Shown here: in pieces, positions 1 to 9,716 of the stretch
Layout of the letters: each line of letters starts with the position of its first letter
How positions within the stretch are numbered: the first letter of the stretch is position 1
From: Acutalibacteraceae bacterium
GTDB lineage: Bacteria; Bacillota; Clostridia; Oscillospirales; Acutalibacteraceae
Assembly (NCBI GenBank): GCA_045656545.1
Contig: JAZORF010000002.1
Span: 11,072-75,071 of the forward strand
DNA length: 64,000 bases
Direction of reading: 5' to 3'
Program-made: the position numbers and the translations under genes
The notes under the pieces: model-generated
What the model saw: the letters and a program-made list of their open reading frames with translations, nothing else
What the model was told of the DNA's origin: nothing
The model's database searches: none

Positions 1-525
1 AGAGTGCAAGAACTGTGCCAGAAGTATGACGAGCTTGACAAAAGTGCCACCCGTCACCATATCGGCAGACTGCAAACCAACAAGGTCAAGCAGGTGGTGG
101 GCAAGGTGCAGATGGTGCAGTCGGTTGATTCACTCAAACTTGCAAGTGAACTGTCAAAGCGCAGTCTTGATATGAATCTTGTCACCGATATTTTGGTGGA
201 AATCAACATTGGCAACGAGGTGTCAAAGTCAGGAATTCCTGCCCACCAAACAGAAGAATTTTTACACCAAATCGCAACATTTGAGGGTATAAAAGTCAAA
301 GGATTGATGTGTATACCCCCAATATGCGAAAATGATAAAGAAATTCGAGTATTTTTTGATAAAATGTATCAGAAGTTTATTGACATTTGGGATAAAAAAA
401 TAGATAATATTAGTATGGACTTTTTGTCTATGGGAATGTCGGGCGATTTCGAACAAGCGATAGAGTCGGGTGCAAATATAATCCGTCTTGGCTCGGTACT
501 GTTCGGTGCCCGAGAATATAAATGA
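1..525 (+). CDS. yggS: YggS-family PLP-binding protein (N-terminus upstream of window)
   Basis: Frame open from base 1 (ORF track 4..525). Signature 'HHIGRLQTNKVK'. Sits first in the ylmE-sepF-ylmH-divIVA-ileS order known from Bacillus. Confidence 0.85.
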   Translation, partial: RVQELCQKYDELDKSATRHHIGRLQTNKVKQVVGKVQMVQSVDSLKLASELSKRSLDMNLVTDILVEINIGNEVSKSGIPAHQTEEFLHQIATFEGIKVKGLMCIPPICENDKEIRVFFDKMYQKFIDIWDKKIDNISMDFLSMGMSGDFEQAIESGANIIRLGSVLFGAREYK

Positions 526-550
526 TTTTATTTTTAAAGGAGAATTTACT

Positions 551-991
551 ATGGGCTTTAAAGAGAATTTTAAGAATTTCTTCACCCCTGCCGATGAAGT
601 AGAAGAAGAGGTAGAAGTGGAAGAGGAATATGAAGAAGAGCCTCGTCGTACCTTCGGCGTAAAAACTCGTTCAGATGCTCCTAAAAATGTTGTAAATATG
701 AACAATGCACCACAACTTCAGGTTGTGCTTGTAAAACCCGAAACTTTTGAGGACGGCCTTGCAATTGCAGACCATCTTTGTGCAAAGCGCACTGTTGTTG
801 TTAACCTTGAAAACGCACCTAAGGATGTGGTTCGCCGTTTGGTTGACTTCTTAAGCGGTGTTGCCTATGCCAATAAGGGTACTATCAAGCGTGCCGCCAA
901 CAATGCATTTGTTGTAACTCCCAACAATGTTGATGTTATGGGTGACGTGCTTTTTGAGGAAGTTGAAAACAACTCCTACTTCCGTCCTTAA
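551..991 (+). CDS. sepF: Cell division protein SepF
   Basis: ORF 488..991 trimmed to ATG 551, 8 nt after AAAGGAG. SepF core 'VVLVKPETFEDGLAIADHLCAKRTVVVNLE'. Synteny supports the call. Confidence 0.9.
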   Translation: MGFKENFKNFFTPADEVEEEVEVEEEYEEEPRRTFGVKTRSDAPKNVVNMNNAPQLQVVLVKPETFEDGLAIADHLCAKRTVVVNLENAPKDVVRRLVDFLSGVAYANKGTIKRAANNAFVVTPNNVDVMGDVLFEEVENNSYFRP

Positions 992-1746
992 TGGCAAATA
1001 ACATAAACAGTGATGACCGACTTATCGTAAGTCGTGTTGAAGATGCCGTTTGCTCCGCAAGGGATAAATATGCAACCCGTTTTATCGGCTTTCTTGATGA
1101 ACACGGGGTTGCAGTTGCCAAAGGTGCGGCATCTAATTACAGCAACATAGCCTTTTACGGCGGCTACGATTCGGCAGACAGGGTGTATATGTGTGTATAC
1201 CCCGATTATGCCGAGGTTAGCACCGATGACTATCCATTCAAGGCAATCACGGTCACTGCCCGTCCTACCGCTCAACTGTCCCATCGGGATTGGTTGGGCA
1301 GTTTGATGTCTTTAGGTCTTCGTCGTGACTCGGTGGGTGATATACTGACTGACGGCAGTCGAGCAGTAATTTTTCTTGCTGACGGCGTTGTGGACTATGT
1401 GATGTGTCAACTTCAAAAGGTGGGTGGCGAAGGGGTAAAAATCCAACTTGGCTACACACAGCCACTACCTCAGGCAAGCGGGTTTGAGCAGTTGCGGTTT
1501 ACCGTTGCATCCACCCGCCTTGACTGTGTTGTGGGGGCACTTTGCTCCTTATCGCGCAACAAGGCAGAGGAGGTTATCTCTGCAGGCTTGGTTGCAGTTG
1601 ATTCGGCAGAATGTCTGTCAACCTCTAAAAAGGTTGGGTCAGGCAGTCGGATTACAGTCAGGGGCAAAGGCAAATTTATAATTGATGAGTGTGATACTCT
1701 TACGCGCAAAGGCAGAACGGTTTTGTGCGTGCGCAAATATATCTGA
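991..1746 (+). CDS. ylmH: YlmH-like S4-domain RNA-binding protein
   Basis: 251-aa ORF. TAATG overlap with the sepF stop. Position between sepF and divIVA; C-terminal S4-like segment. Confidence 0.8.
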   Translation: MANNINSDDRLIVSRVEDAVCSARDKYATRFIGFLDEHGVAVAKGAASNYSNIAFYGGYDSADRVYMCVYPDYAEVSTDDYPFKAITVTARPTAQLSHRDWLGSLMSLGLRRDSVGDILTDGSRAVIFLADGVVDYVMCQLQKVGGEGVKIQLGYTQPLPQASGFEQLRFTVASTRLDCVVGALCSLSRNKAEEVISAGLVAVDSAECLSTSKKVGSGSRITVRGKGKFIIDECDTLTRKGRTVLCVRKYI

Positions 1747-1770
1747 AAACACGAAAGGCAGGAAAACAGG

Positions 1771-2724
1771 ATGATTACTTCCGAGCAGGCTTTGAATTAT
1801 GAGTTCCAAAAAGCTGGTATGAACGGTTACCGCGCAGCAGAGGTTGACGAATTCATTTCTTCTGTGGCAGAAACCTTATCTTTTCAAGAAAGAAAAGTTC
1901 GCGATATGCAGCGCATTATTGACGAACTTAAAAAGAACGAGACTATTATACAGACTACTCTCGTTAATGCACAAAAGTTGGCTATGCAGTTAACTGATGA
2001 GGCAAAGCAAAATGCTGAGCAAACCTTGGCAGAGGCACAGTCAAAAGCACAGACTGTTACCGCTGATGCCGACGCAAAGGCAGAGGCAGTCCTTGCCGAT
2101 GCTATTGCAAAGTCAAAGCAACTTACTGCAGATGCCGAGGCAGCCTTTGAAAAAGCAAATGCGGAGGCAGAGGAAAAGGCTAACCAGATGCTTGAAGAGG
2201 TGCGCCGCATTGCTGCAGAGGAGTCTGCAAAACTGCAGGCAGAGATTGAGGCACAGCGCGCCCTTTACGATGCCCTTAAAACAGAGGTATCCGCTTTCCG
2301 CGCCGATGTGCTTGAGCGCTACAAGGCACAGGTTACTCTTATCAAAGATTTGCCTGATTTGATGCCCGCAGTTGAGGTTGCTCCCGTTCAGCAGGAAATC
2401 GTTTACGAAGTTCCCGCAAAGGAAGAAACACCTGTTGAAACTCCCGAAATCGTCGAGGAAGAGGATGACTTGCCCGTTGCACAAATTTCCTTTGTTGACA
2501 ACACTCCTGCAGAGGAGCCTACTCAGGCAAGCAGTCCTTTGCTTAAACTTTTTGACGATATGCAAGAAAATGAGGCACAGGCGGCCGCCGCAGTTGAAGA
2601 GGTGGCATCTCTTACCGAGAATGCACAACCTGCAAAGAGCGGATTTACCGTAATTTTTGACGATGATGACGACAAGGACGATACCTTCGGCGGCAGAATT
2701 CAAATTGGCGAAGACAATAACTAA
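1771..2724 (+). CDS. divIVA: DivIVA domain protein with long coiled-coil and acidic tail
   Basis: N-terminal DivIVA motif 'FQKAGMNGYRAAEVDEFI'. Ala/Glu/Lys-rich coiled-coil region. Confidence 0.9.
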   Translation: MITSEQALNYEFQKAGMNGYRAAEVDEFISSVAETLSFQERKVRDMQRIIDELKKNETIIQTTLVNAQKLAMQLTDEAKQNAEQTLAEAQSKAQTVTADADAKAEAVLADAIAKSKQLTADAEAAFEKANAEAEEKANQMLEEVRRIAAEESAKLQAEIEAQRALYDALKTEVSAFRADVLERYKAQVTLIKDLPDLMPAVEVAPVQQEIVYEVPAKEETPVETPEIVEEEDDLPVAQISFVDNTPAEEPTQASSPLLKLFDDMQENEAQAAAAVEEVASLTENAQPAKSGFTVIFDDDDDKDDTFGGRIQIGEDNN

Positions 2725-2743
2725 TTGATTGGAGATATAACAA

Positions 2744-5533
2744 ATGGCACAGGATTATAACCAGACACTCAACCTGCTTAATACCGAGTTCCCAATGCGC
2801 GCAGGTTTGCCCGAGCGTGAGCCTGAGGCACTTAAGAAGTGGTATTCAGAGGAACTTTACGAGCAGATTATGAAACGTAACGAGGGCAAGCCTCTTTACA
2901 CCTTGCACGATGGCCCTCCATATGCAAACGGAAAAATTCACCTTGGCACTGCACTTAACAAAATCCTCAAAGACTTTGTTGTGCGCTACAAGAATATGAC
3001 CGGATTTAAGGCGCCTTTTGTGCCCGGATACGATACTCACGGTCTGCCTACCGAACTTAAGGCTCGTAAGGCAGCAGGTATGAAGTCTTCTGAGCAGGTT
3101 TCACCTCTTGAACTGCGTAAACTTTGCCGCGAGTTTGCTCTTGGCTTTGTTGATGACCAGCGCGACCAGTTTAAGCGTTTGGGCGTTTTGGGCGAATGGG
3201 ATAACCCTTATTTGACCCTTAAACCCGAGTTTGTTGCCCGTCAGGTTGAAATATTCGGCGATATGGCTCAAAAGGGCTATATCTACAAGGGACTTAAGCC
3301 TGTTTATTGGTGCCCTGAGTGTCAGACCGCTCTTGCCGAGGCAGAAATCGAATATGCAGAGGATCCTTGCCATTCTATCTATGTTAAGTTCAAGGTTAGC
3401 GACGATATGGGCAAACTTGCTCAGTATGGCTGTGACCTTGACAAAACCTATTTCGTAATCTGGACCACTACTACTTGGACTTTGCCCGGCAACGTGGCAA
3501 TCTGTGTTGGTCCCAACTATGATTACGGCATTTATAAAGCAGGCGACGAGTTCTATATTATGGCTGAAGAACTTGCAGGCAAATCCTTTGCCGCCGCAGG
3601 AATTGAGCAGTATGAACTTATCGCAACCCTTATGGGCAAAGAACTTGAACTTATGTCTGCTCAGCACCCCTTCCTTGACCGCGAAAGTCTTGTTATCGTG
3701 GGTGACCACGTAACTCTTGAAAGCGGTACAGGTTGCGTTCACACCGCCCCCGGTTTTGGTGTTGACGACTTTGAGGTTTGCCGCAAATATCCTCAGGTGC
3801 CAATGATTGTATCGGTTGATGCAAAGGGTGTTATGACTGAGGAGGCAGGCCAGTTTGAAGGCCTTACCACCGACGAAGCAAACAAGAGCATTGCAATGCA
3901 TCTTGACCAGACAGGCAACTTGTTTGCTCTTGCAAAGATTATCCACCAGTATCCTCACTGCTGGCGTTGTAAGTCACCCATTCTTTTCCGTGCCACCAAA
4001 CAGTGCTTCTGCTCAATCAAGGCTTTCTCTGATGAGGCTCTTGAAGCAATCAAGACTGTTAAGTGGATTCCCGGTTGGGGTGAAGACCGCATTTCAGGTA
4101 TGGTCCGTGACCGTTCTGACTGGTGTATTTCCCGTCAGCGTACTTGGGGCGTGCCTATTCCTCTGTTCTACTGTGAGGATTGCGGCGAGCAGATTATATC
4201 TGAGCAAACCATCGCAAAGGTTGCCGATATGTTCCGCAAAGAAGGCGCAGATGCTTGGTATGCTCATAGCGCCACTGAACTGTTACCCGAGGGTACAGTC
4301 TGCAAATGCGGTTGCAACCGTTTCACTAAAGAAACTGATATTATGGACGTTTGGTTTGACTCAGGCTCAACCCACGCCGCCGTTCTTGACGAGCGTGACT
4401 ATCTTGGCAATCCTGCCGACCTTTATCTTGAGGGTGCCGACCAGTATCGTGGTTGGTTCCAGTCAAGCCTTCTTACCAGTGTTGCTACCAAGGGTATTGC
4501 TCCTTATAAGGCAGTTGTAACTCACGGTTGGGTAGTTGACGGCGAAGGCAAAAAGATGTCTAAGTCTATCGGCAACACTATCGAGCCTGAAGAAATCGTA
4601 AATCAGTACGGTGCCGATATCTTGCGCTTGTGGGTTGCATCAAGTGACTATCACGCCGATATCCGCATTTCAAAGGATATTCTTAAGCAACTTTCAGAGG
4701 CATACCGTAAAATCCGTAATACCGCCCGCTTCATTTTGGGTAACATTCACGATTTCAATCCTGATACCGATGCAGTTGAAATCAGCAAACTTGAGCCTAT
4801 GGATAAATGGGCACTTGCTCGCCTTAACGGACTTATTGAAAAGTGCCGCGAAGCATATGAGAATTTCGAGTATCACATCATATTCCATGCCATTCACAAC
4901 TTCTGCGTTGTTGATATGTCAAACTTCTATCTTGATGTTATCAAAGACAGACTTTATGTAGAGCGTGCAGACAGTGATACCCGCCGTGCTGCACAAACTG
5001 CAATGTATCGTATTCTTGATAATCTTACACTTCTTCTTGCACCTATTATCGCATTTACTGCAGAGGAGATTTGGAACTTTATGCCACACGATGCAAATCG
5101 TGATGCAGGCAGTGTAATGTTTAACGATTTCCCCACTGCAACCAACCTTGATGTTGACGATAACTTTATGCAAGAGTGGGATAAACTTCACGCTGTACGC
5201 GACGATGTTAAAAAGGCAATCGAAATTGCCCGTAAAGACAAGATTATCGGCTCATCACTTGATGCAAAGGTAACCGTATACGCAGACGGTGAGTGGTACG
5301 AGCTTTTGAACGATACTGCAAATCCCCTTACCGCACTCTTTATCACCTCTACCGTTGAGTTGGTCAAGGGCGAGGGCGGTGACTTCAAGGGTGATAACGT
5401 TGGTGTTACCGTATCAAAAGCAGAGGGCTGCAAGTGTGCTCGTTGCTGGTCATACGAGGAGTATGTTGGCAGTGATAGTACATATCCCGATTTGTGCCGC
5501 CGTTGTGCAAAGATTATTGCCGAAATGAATTGA
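2744..5533 (+). CDS. ileS: Isoleucine--tRNA ligase
   Basis: 929 aa. Class I aaRS motifs 'PYANGKIHLGT' and 'KMSKSIGN'. C-terminal Zn-finger CxxC..CxxC. Confidence 0.97.
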   Translation: MAQDYNQTLNLLNTEFPMRAGLPEREPEALKKWYSEELYEQIMKRNEGKPLYTLHDGPPYANGKIHLGTALNKILKDFVVRYKNMTGFKAPFVPGYDTHGLPTELKARKAAGMKSSEQVSPLELRKLCREFALGFVDDQRDQFKRLGVLGEWDNPYLTLKPEFVARQVEIFGDMAQKGYIYKGLKPVYWCPECQTALAEAEIEYAEDPCHSIYVKFKVSDDMGKLAQYGCDLDKTYFVIWTTTTWTLPGNVAICVGPNYDYGIYKAGDEFYIMAEELAGKSFAAAGIEQYELIATLMGKELELMSAQHPFLDRESLVIVGDHVTLESGTGCVHTAPGFGVDDFEVCRKYPQVPMIVSVDAKGVMTEEAGQFEGLTTDEANKSIAMHLDQTGNLFALAKIIHQYPHCWRCKSPILFRATKQCFCSIKAFSDEALEAIKTVKWIPGWGEDRISGMVRDRSDWCISRQRTWGVPIPLFYCEDCGEQIISEQTIAKVADMFRKEGADAWYAHSATELLPEGTVCKCGCNRFTKETDIMDVWFDSGSTHAAVLDERDYLGNPADLYLEGADQYRGWFQSSLLTSVATKGIAPYKAVVTHGWVVDGEGKKMSKSIGNTIEPEEIVNQYGADILRLWVASSDYHADIRISKDILKQLSEAYRKIRNTARFILGNIHDFNPDTDAVEISKLEPMDKWALARLNGLIEKCREAYENFEYHIIFHAIHNFCVVDMSNFYLDVIKDRLYVERADSDTRRAAQTAMYRILDNLTLLLAPIIAFTAEEIWNFMPHDANRDAGSVMFNDFPTATNLDVDDNFMQEWDKLHAVRDDVKKAIEIARKDKIIGSSLDAKVTVYADGEWYELLNDTANPLTALFITSTVELVKGEGGDFKGDNVGVTVSKAEGCKCARCWSYEEYVGSDSTYPDLCRRCAKIIAEMN

Positions 5534-5555
5534 TTTTAAGTGGAGGCTGTCAGTT

Positions 5556-6122
5556 TTGACCAAGCAAAAAAATGCCATTGATTTTATAGGTTGGCTTAAG
5601 TCACGAAAGGTTGAACTTATTGCTTTGTTGGTATCTGCCTTGTTGGTGGTTATTGACCAGATAACTAAACTTTTGGTTGAAAGCAACTTTCAGACTGTGG
5701 GTGAAACCCTGCCTGTTATAAAAGGTGTGCTTAATTTTACCTATATCCGCAATGACGGTGCGGTGTTTGGCTCCCTTTCAGGCAAACCCTATATTTTTAA
5801 CACTATTACTGTTATAATTGTCGTTTTAGGTGTTGCGGCTCTGCTTATGGGCAAAATCAAGGGCAAATGGTTGATTTGGACAGCCTCTTTAGTTATCGGC
5901 GGCGGTGTTGGTAATATGATTGACCGCTTCCGACTGAAATATGTTATTGATTTTATTGATGTTAAATTGTTTGGCAAACTGTGGGTTTGGGTGTTTAACT
6001 TTGCCGACTGCTGTGTGGTTGTTGGTTGCATAATGCTTATAATCTACTTTATTGCCGATACCGTAAATGACGTTAAAAAATCAAAAGCACAAAAGGCATC
6101 AAAGGGTGACAATGATGCCTGA
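5556..6122 (+). CDS. lspA: Signal peptidase II (lipoprotein signal peptidase)
   Basis: TTG start 9 nt after GGAGG. Motifs 'IRNDGAVFG' and 'FNFADCCVVVG'. Four hydrophobic segments. Confidence 0.9.
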   Translation: MTKQKNAIDFIGWLKSRKVELIALLVSALLVVIDQITKLLVESNFQTVGETLPVIKGVLNFTYIRNDGAVFGSLSGKPYIFNTITVIIVVLGVAALLMGKIKGKWLIWTASLVIGGGVGNMIDRFRLKYVIDFIDVKLFGKLWVWVFNFADCCVVVGCIMLIIYFIADTVNDVKKSKAQKASKGDNDA

Positions 6123-7026
6123 GTTAGAGTTTATTTGTACCGAAAAATGTGACAGGGTGGATGCTTTTTTAGCATCCACAGGTCAGTTTACACGCTCTGC
6201 CGCCGCCAAACTTTGTGACGATGGTAGGGTGCTAATAAACGGGAAGCAGGCAAAGAAAAAGTCCTCACTCTTACAGGGTGACAAGGTAACTGTTCAGGTG
6301 CCTGCACCTGTTGATTCCACCGCAAAACCTCAAGAAATCCCTCTTAATATTGTTTATGAGGATGACGATTTGCTTGTAGTTAACAAACCGAAGGGAATGG
6401 TTGTTCATCCCGCTCCCGGCAATGCCGACGGAACTTTGGTAAATGCCTTGCTTGCTCACTGCGGTGACAGTCTTTCGGGCATAAACGGAGTTATACGCCC
6501 CGGTATAGTCCACCGCATTGACAAAGATACAAGCGGTCTGCTTATAGTGGCAAAGAATGACCGCGCCCACACTCATTTGGCCGCACAGATAAAGGAGCAT
6601 TCCTTTACGCGCGAGTATGAGGCAGTGGTCTACGGCAATGTTAAAGAGGATGAGGGTATTGTTGATGCGCCAATTGGCAGGCATCCCACCAAGCGCAAGC
6701 AAATGGCGGTCACAACCAAAGCTTCCCGTAATGCCGTTACCCATTGGCGCGTAGTTAACCGTTACGGCAAATTCACCCACCTTGCTTTGCGACTTGAGAC
6801 GGGACGCACCCATCAGATAAGGGTGCATATGTCATACATAGGCCACGCGGTAGCAGGGGATTCGGTTTACGGCCCTAAAAAAGTTATTGAGCGGCTGGGC
6901 GGTCAGTGTCTGCACGCTAAAAAGATTGGTTTTATCCATCCTGACGGCAGATATCTTGAATTTGACAGTCCGCTACCCGAATATTTTACCTCATTTTTAA
7001 AAGGGTTACAGAATGAAAAAGTTTGA
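6112..7026 (+). CDS. rluD: RluA/RluD-family 23S rRNA pseudouridine synthase
   Basis: ORF 6067..7026 trimmed to ATG 6112, overlapping the lspA end. N-terminal S4 domain; catalytic motif 'HRIDKDTSGLLIVAK'. Confidence 0.9.
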   Translation: MMPELEFICTEKCDRVDAFLASTGQFTRSAAAKLCDDGRVLINGKQAKKKSSLLQGDKVTVQVPAPVDSTAKPQEIPLNIVYEDDDLLVVNKPKGMVVHPAPGNADGTLVNALLAHCGDSLSGINGVIRPGIVHRIDKDTSGLLIVAKNDRAHTHLAAQIKEHSFTREYEAVVYGNVKEDEGIVDAPIGRHPTKRKQMAVTTKASRNAVTHWRVVNRYGKFTHLALRLETGRTHQIRVHMSYIGHAVAGDSVYGPKKVIERLGGQCLHAKKIGFIHPDGRYLEFDSPLPEYFTSFLKGLQNEKV

Positions 7027-7795
7027 AGGCTTTCTGCTTGTGTCCGATATTGACGGCACTTTGGCAGAGCAAAGATATATTAACCCCGCCAACATAACCG
7101 CAATTAACCGTTTTGTTGCGGATGGCGGTCAGGTGCTGTTAGCAACGGGGCGCTCACCTCAGTCATCGGTGCCTGTTGCAAAAAAATTGGGTTGCTCTGC
7201 AAAACTGATTGCAAACAACGGTGCAGTGGTGTATGATACTGCACTTGGCAAGGTGGTTTCTCAAAAGTCACTTGACTGCAAGCAAATATCACTTGATATT
7301 GTAGAAAAATTTACGGTTGGTGGAATTTTCTATTGCGGTGAAGAACTTTGGCTTTTCAAAAACAACCCCGAAATATCAAGCCTTATTGAATCAGAGCAAC
7401 TGACCGTTAAAGACAGTTGCGATGGTGTTATAAATAAGGTGCTTTTTGGCGGCACTTCCACTGTCATAGATGAACTGGATGCGTATTTGCGCTCAATTCC
7501 CGATTTAGTAGGGGACGTGGTTCGCAGTGACAAGGTTTTCGTTGAAATATTGCCAAATGGAGTTAATAAAGGCAGTGTAATGATGGACGTTGCAGCGCAA
7601 CTGGGCATAAGTTCCGACAAAATCTTTGTTGCGGGCAACTATTACAATGATATAGGTATGCTTAAAAAAGGCGCTGTCACTTGTGTGCCAAGTGATTCAC
7701 CTGACGATTTAAAGGCAATGGTGGACTATGTTGCTTGCCCATGCCGAGAGGGTGCGGTGGCAGAATTCATTGATTGTCTGTATCAAAGATATTAA
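7013..7795 (+). CDS. Cof-type HAD-IIB family hydrolase
   Basis: 260 aa. HAD motif I 'VSDIDGTL' and C-terminal 'GNYYNDIGM'. Confidence 0.8.
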   Translation: MKKFEGFLLVSDIDGTLAEQRYINPANITAINRFVADGGQVLLATGRSPQSSVPVAKKLGCSAKLIANNGAVVYDTALGKVVSQKSLDCKQISLDIVEKFTVGGIFYCGEELWLFKNNPEISSLIESEQLTVKDSCDGVINKVLFGGTSTVIDELDAYLRSIPDLVGDVVRSDKVFVEILPNGVNKGSVMMDVAAQLGISSDKIFVAGNYYNDIGMLKKGAVTCVPSDSPDDLKAMVDYVACPCREGAVAEFIDCLYQRY

Positions 7796-7857
7796 AAAGG
7801 TTATCATCCGTTTTTAAAGGCGGTAATAATAAATTTTCAAGCTGAAGAGGAGTAATT

Positions 7858-8700
7858 ATGGACGTTCAGACTAAAAAACAACTCAAAATTGCGGCTTGCA
7901 AAGCACGAATGGGTGTTATCGAAGGCACCTTTAATGCAAAAGCAGGCCATCCGGGCGGTTCGCTTTCAATATGCGACGTTCTGGCATATCTCTATTTTAA
8001 CGAGATGAACATTGACCCCGCAAATCCCAACAAGGCAGACAGAGACCGTTTTGTTCTTTCAAAGGGTCATGCTGCACCTGCACTTTATCCTATTCTTTCA
8101 CTTCGCGGATTCTTTGATTGGTCCGAAATTGCCCGTCTTCGCAAGCCTCACGCTATGCTTCAGGGTCACCCCAGTCTTAAAAGCACCCCTGGTGTAGATA
8201 TGTCCACCGGCTCTTTGGGTCAAGGTATTTCTACTGCTGTTGGTATGGCTTTGTCATCAAAACATTTTGGTGATAATTACCGTGTTTACACCATTCTCGG
8301 TGATGGCGAGATTGAGGAAGGTCAGGTTTGGGAGGCAGCCATGTTTGCCGCTAACAAGAAACTTGACAACCTTGTCGCTTATGTTGACTTTAACAATCTT
8401 CAGATTGACGGTACTGTAGAAGAGGTTAACTCTCCTGCACCCGTTGATAAGAAGTTTGAAGCATTCGGTTGGAATGTAATCACTATTGACGCTCACGACT
8501 TTGACCAGATTGAAGCCGCCTACAAGGCAGCCCGTGAGTGCAAAGGCAAGCCCACTGCAATTGTTGCAATTTCTGTAAAGGGCAAGGGCGTATCGTTTAT
8601 GGAAAATCAGGTTGGTTGGCACGGTGTTGCTCCCAACGCTGAACAGGCAGAGCAGGCAATGGCTGAACTTAAGGCACAGCTTGCAGACCTTGAAGCATAA
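7858..8700 (+). CDS. tktA: Transketolase, N-terminal (TPP-binding) subunit
   Basis: 280 aa. 'GHPGGSLS' and 'GDGEIEEGQVWEA' thiamine-diphosphate motifs. Split-gene arrangement with the next ORF. Confidence 0.92.
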   Translation: MDVQTKKQLKIAACKARMGVIEGTFNAKAGHPGGSLSICDVLAYLYFNEMNIDPANPNKADRDRFVLSKGHAAPALYPILSLRGFFDWSEIARLRKPHAMLQGHPSLKSTPGVDMSTGSLGQGISTAVGMALSSKHFGDNYRVYTILGDGEIEEGQVWEAAMFAANKKLDNLVAYVDFNNLQIDGTVEEVNSPAPVDKKFEAFGWNVITIDAHDFDQIEAAYKAARECKGKPTAIVAISVKGKGVSFMENQVGWHGVAPNAEQAEQAMAELKAQLADLEA

Positions 8701-8715
8701 GAAGGAGTGATAATA

Positions 8716-9660
8716 ATGGCAGAAATCAAAAAGATGGCTACCCGTGACGGCTACGGTCAAGGCCTTATCGAACTTGGCAAAACCCGTGACGATATTATTG
8801 TTATGGACGCTGACCTTGCCGCCGCTACTAAAACAGGCGCATTCAAAAAAGAATTCCCCGAAAACTTCTATAACTGCGGTATCGCAGAGCAAAATATGAT
8901 GTCTATCGCCGCAGGCGTTGCTGCAACAGGTAAGGTTGTATTTGCATCAAGCTTTGCAATGTTTGCCGCAGGCCGTGCCTTTGAGCAGGTTCGCAACTCT
9001 ATCGGCTATCCTCATTTGCCCGTAAATATCGGTGCAACCCATGCAGGTATCTCTGTTGGTGAAGACGGTGCAACCCATCAGTGCTGTGAGGATATTGCTC
9101 TTATGCGCACTATCCCCGGTATGACTATTATCAACCCCGCCGACGCAGTTGAGGCAAAGGCAGCAACTATTGCAGCAGCCGAAATTGACGGTCCTGTATA
9201 TCTCCGTTTTGGCAGACTTGCAGTACCCGTAATTAACGACGACAACTACAAGTTTGAGGTTGGCAAGGGCGTCAATCTTGTTGACGGCACCGATGTTACT
9301 ATCGTTGCAACAGGTCTTATGGTTGAGCGTGCCCTTCAAGCTGCAGATATTCTTAAGGAAGAGGGTATCTCTGCACGAGTAATTAACATCCACACCATCA
9401 AGCCTTTGGATGAAGAGATTATTCTTGACGCTGCTAAGAAGACCGGCGCAATCGTTGTTGCAGAAGAGCATTCTGTTATCGGCGGTCTTGGCAGTGCAGT
9501 GTGCGAATTGCTTGCCGACAAGATGCCTACCCCTGTTAAAAAGGTTGGCGTTGAGGATAAGTTTGGCACCTCAGGTCCTGCACTTGACTTACTTGAGATG
9601 TTTGGTCTTGGCTCAAAGGATATTGTTAAAAAGGCAAAAGAAGTTATTGCAATGAAGTGA
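8716..9660 (+). CDS. tktB: Transketolase, C-terminal (pyrimidine-binding) subunit
   Basis: ORF 8707..9660 trimmed to ATG 8716 after GGAG. 'CGIAEQNMMSIAAG' motif. Confidence 0.92.
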   Translation: MAEIKKMATRDGYGQGLIELGKTRDDIIVMDADLAAATKTGAFKKEFPENFYNCGIAEQNMMSIAAGVAATGKVVFASSFAMFAAGRAFEQVRNSIGYPHLPVNIGATHAGISVGEDGATHQCCEDIALMRTIPGMTIINPADAVEAKAATIAAAEIDGPVYLRFGRLAVPVINDDNYKFEVGKGVNLVDGTDVTIVATGLMVERALQAADILKEEGISARVINIHTIKPLDEEIILDAAKKTGAIVVAEEHSVIGGLGSAVCELLADKMPTPVKKVGVEDKFGTSGPALDLLEMFGLGSKDIVKKAKEVIAMK

Positions 9661-9716
9661 TGTATTATTCGGCTAACGAATGTAACATAAATATTATTGA
9701 TAAAGGGGTTATTGTT

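Noticed and set aside
1884-2703. Several ORFs overlapping divIVA in other frames or on the other strand (1884-2210, 1997-2362, 2113-2703, 2372-2653).
   Set aside because: They are artefacts of the repetitive Ala/Glu/Lys coiled-coil coding sequence. The DivIVA frame has the clear N-terminal domain.
3101-3958. 285-aa ORF antisense to ileS. Similar long antisense ORFs lie at 8257-8892, 33411-34037, 45163-45828, 46723-47451 and 48213-48839.
   Set aside because: Each lies entirely inside a well-supported gene on the opposite strand. They have no RBS or recognisable motifs, and their composition is skewed and low in complexity, typical of shadow ORFs.
9657-9716. N-terminal extension 'MMYYSANECNINIIDKGVIV' of the esterase ORF.
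   Set aside because: It overlaps the tkt stop and has no RBS. The internal ATG at 9717 opens a textbook signal peptide.
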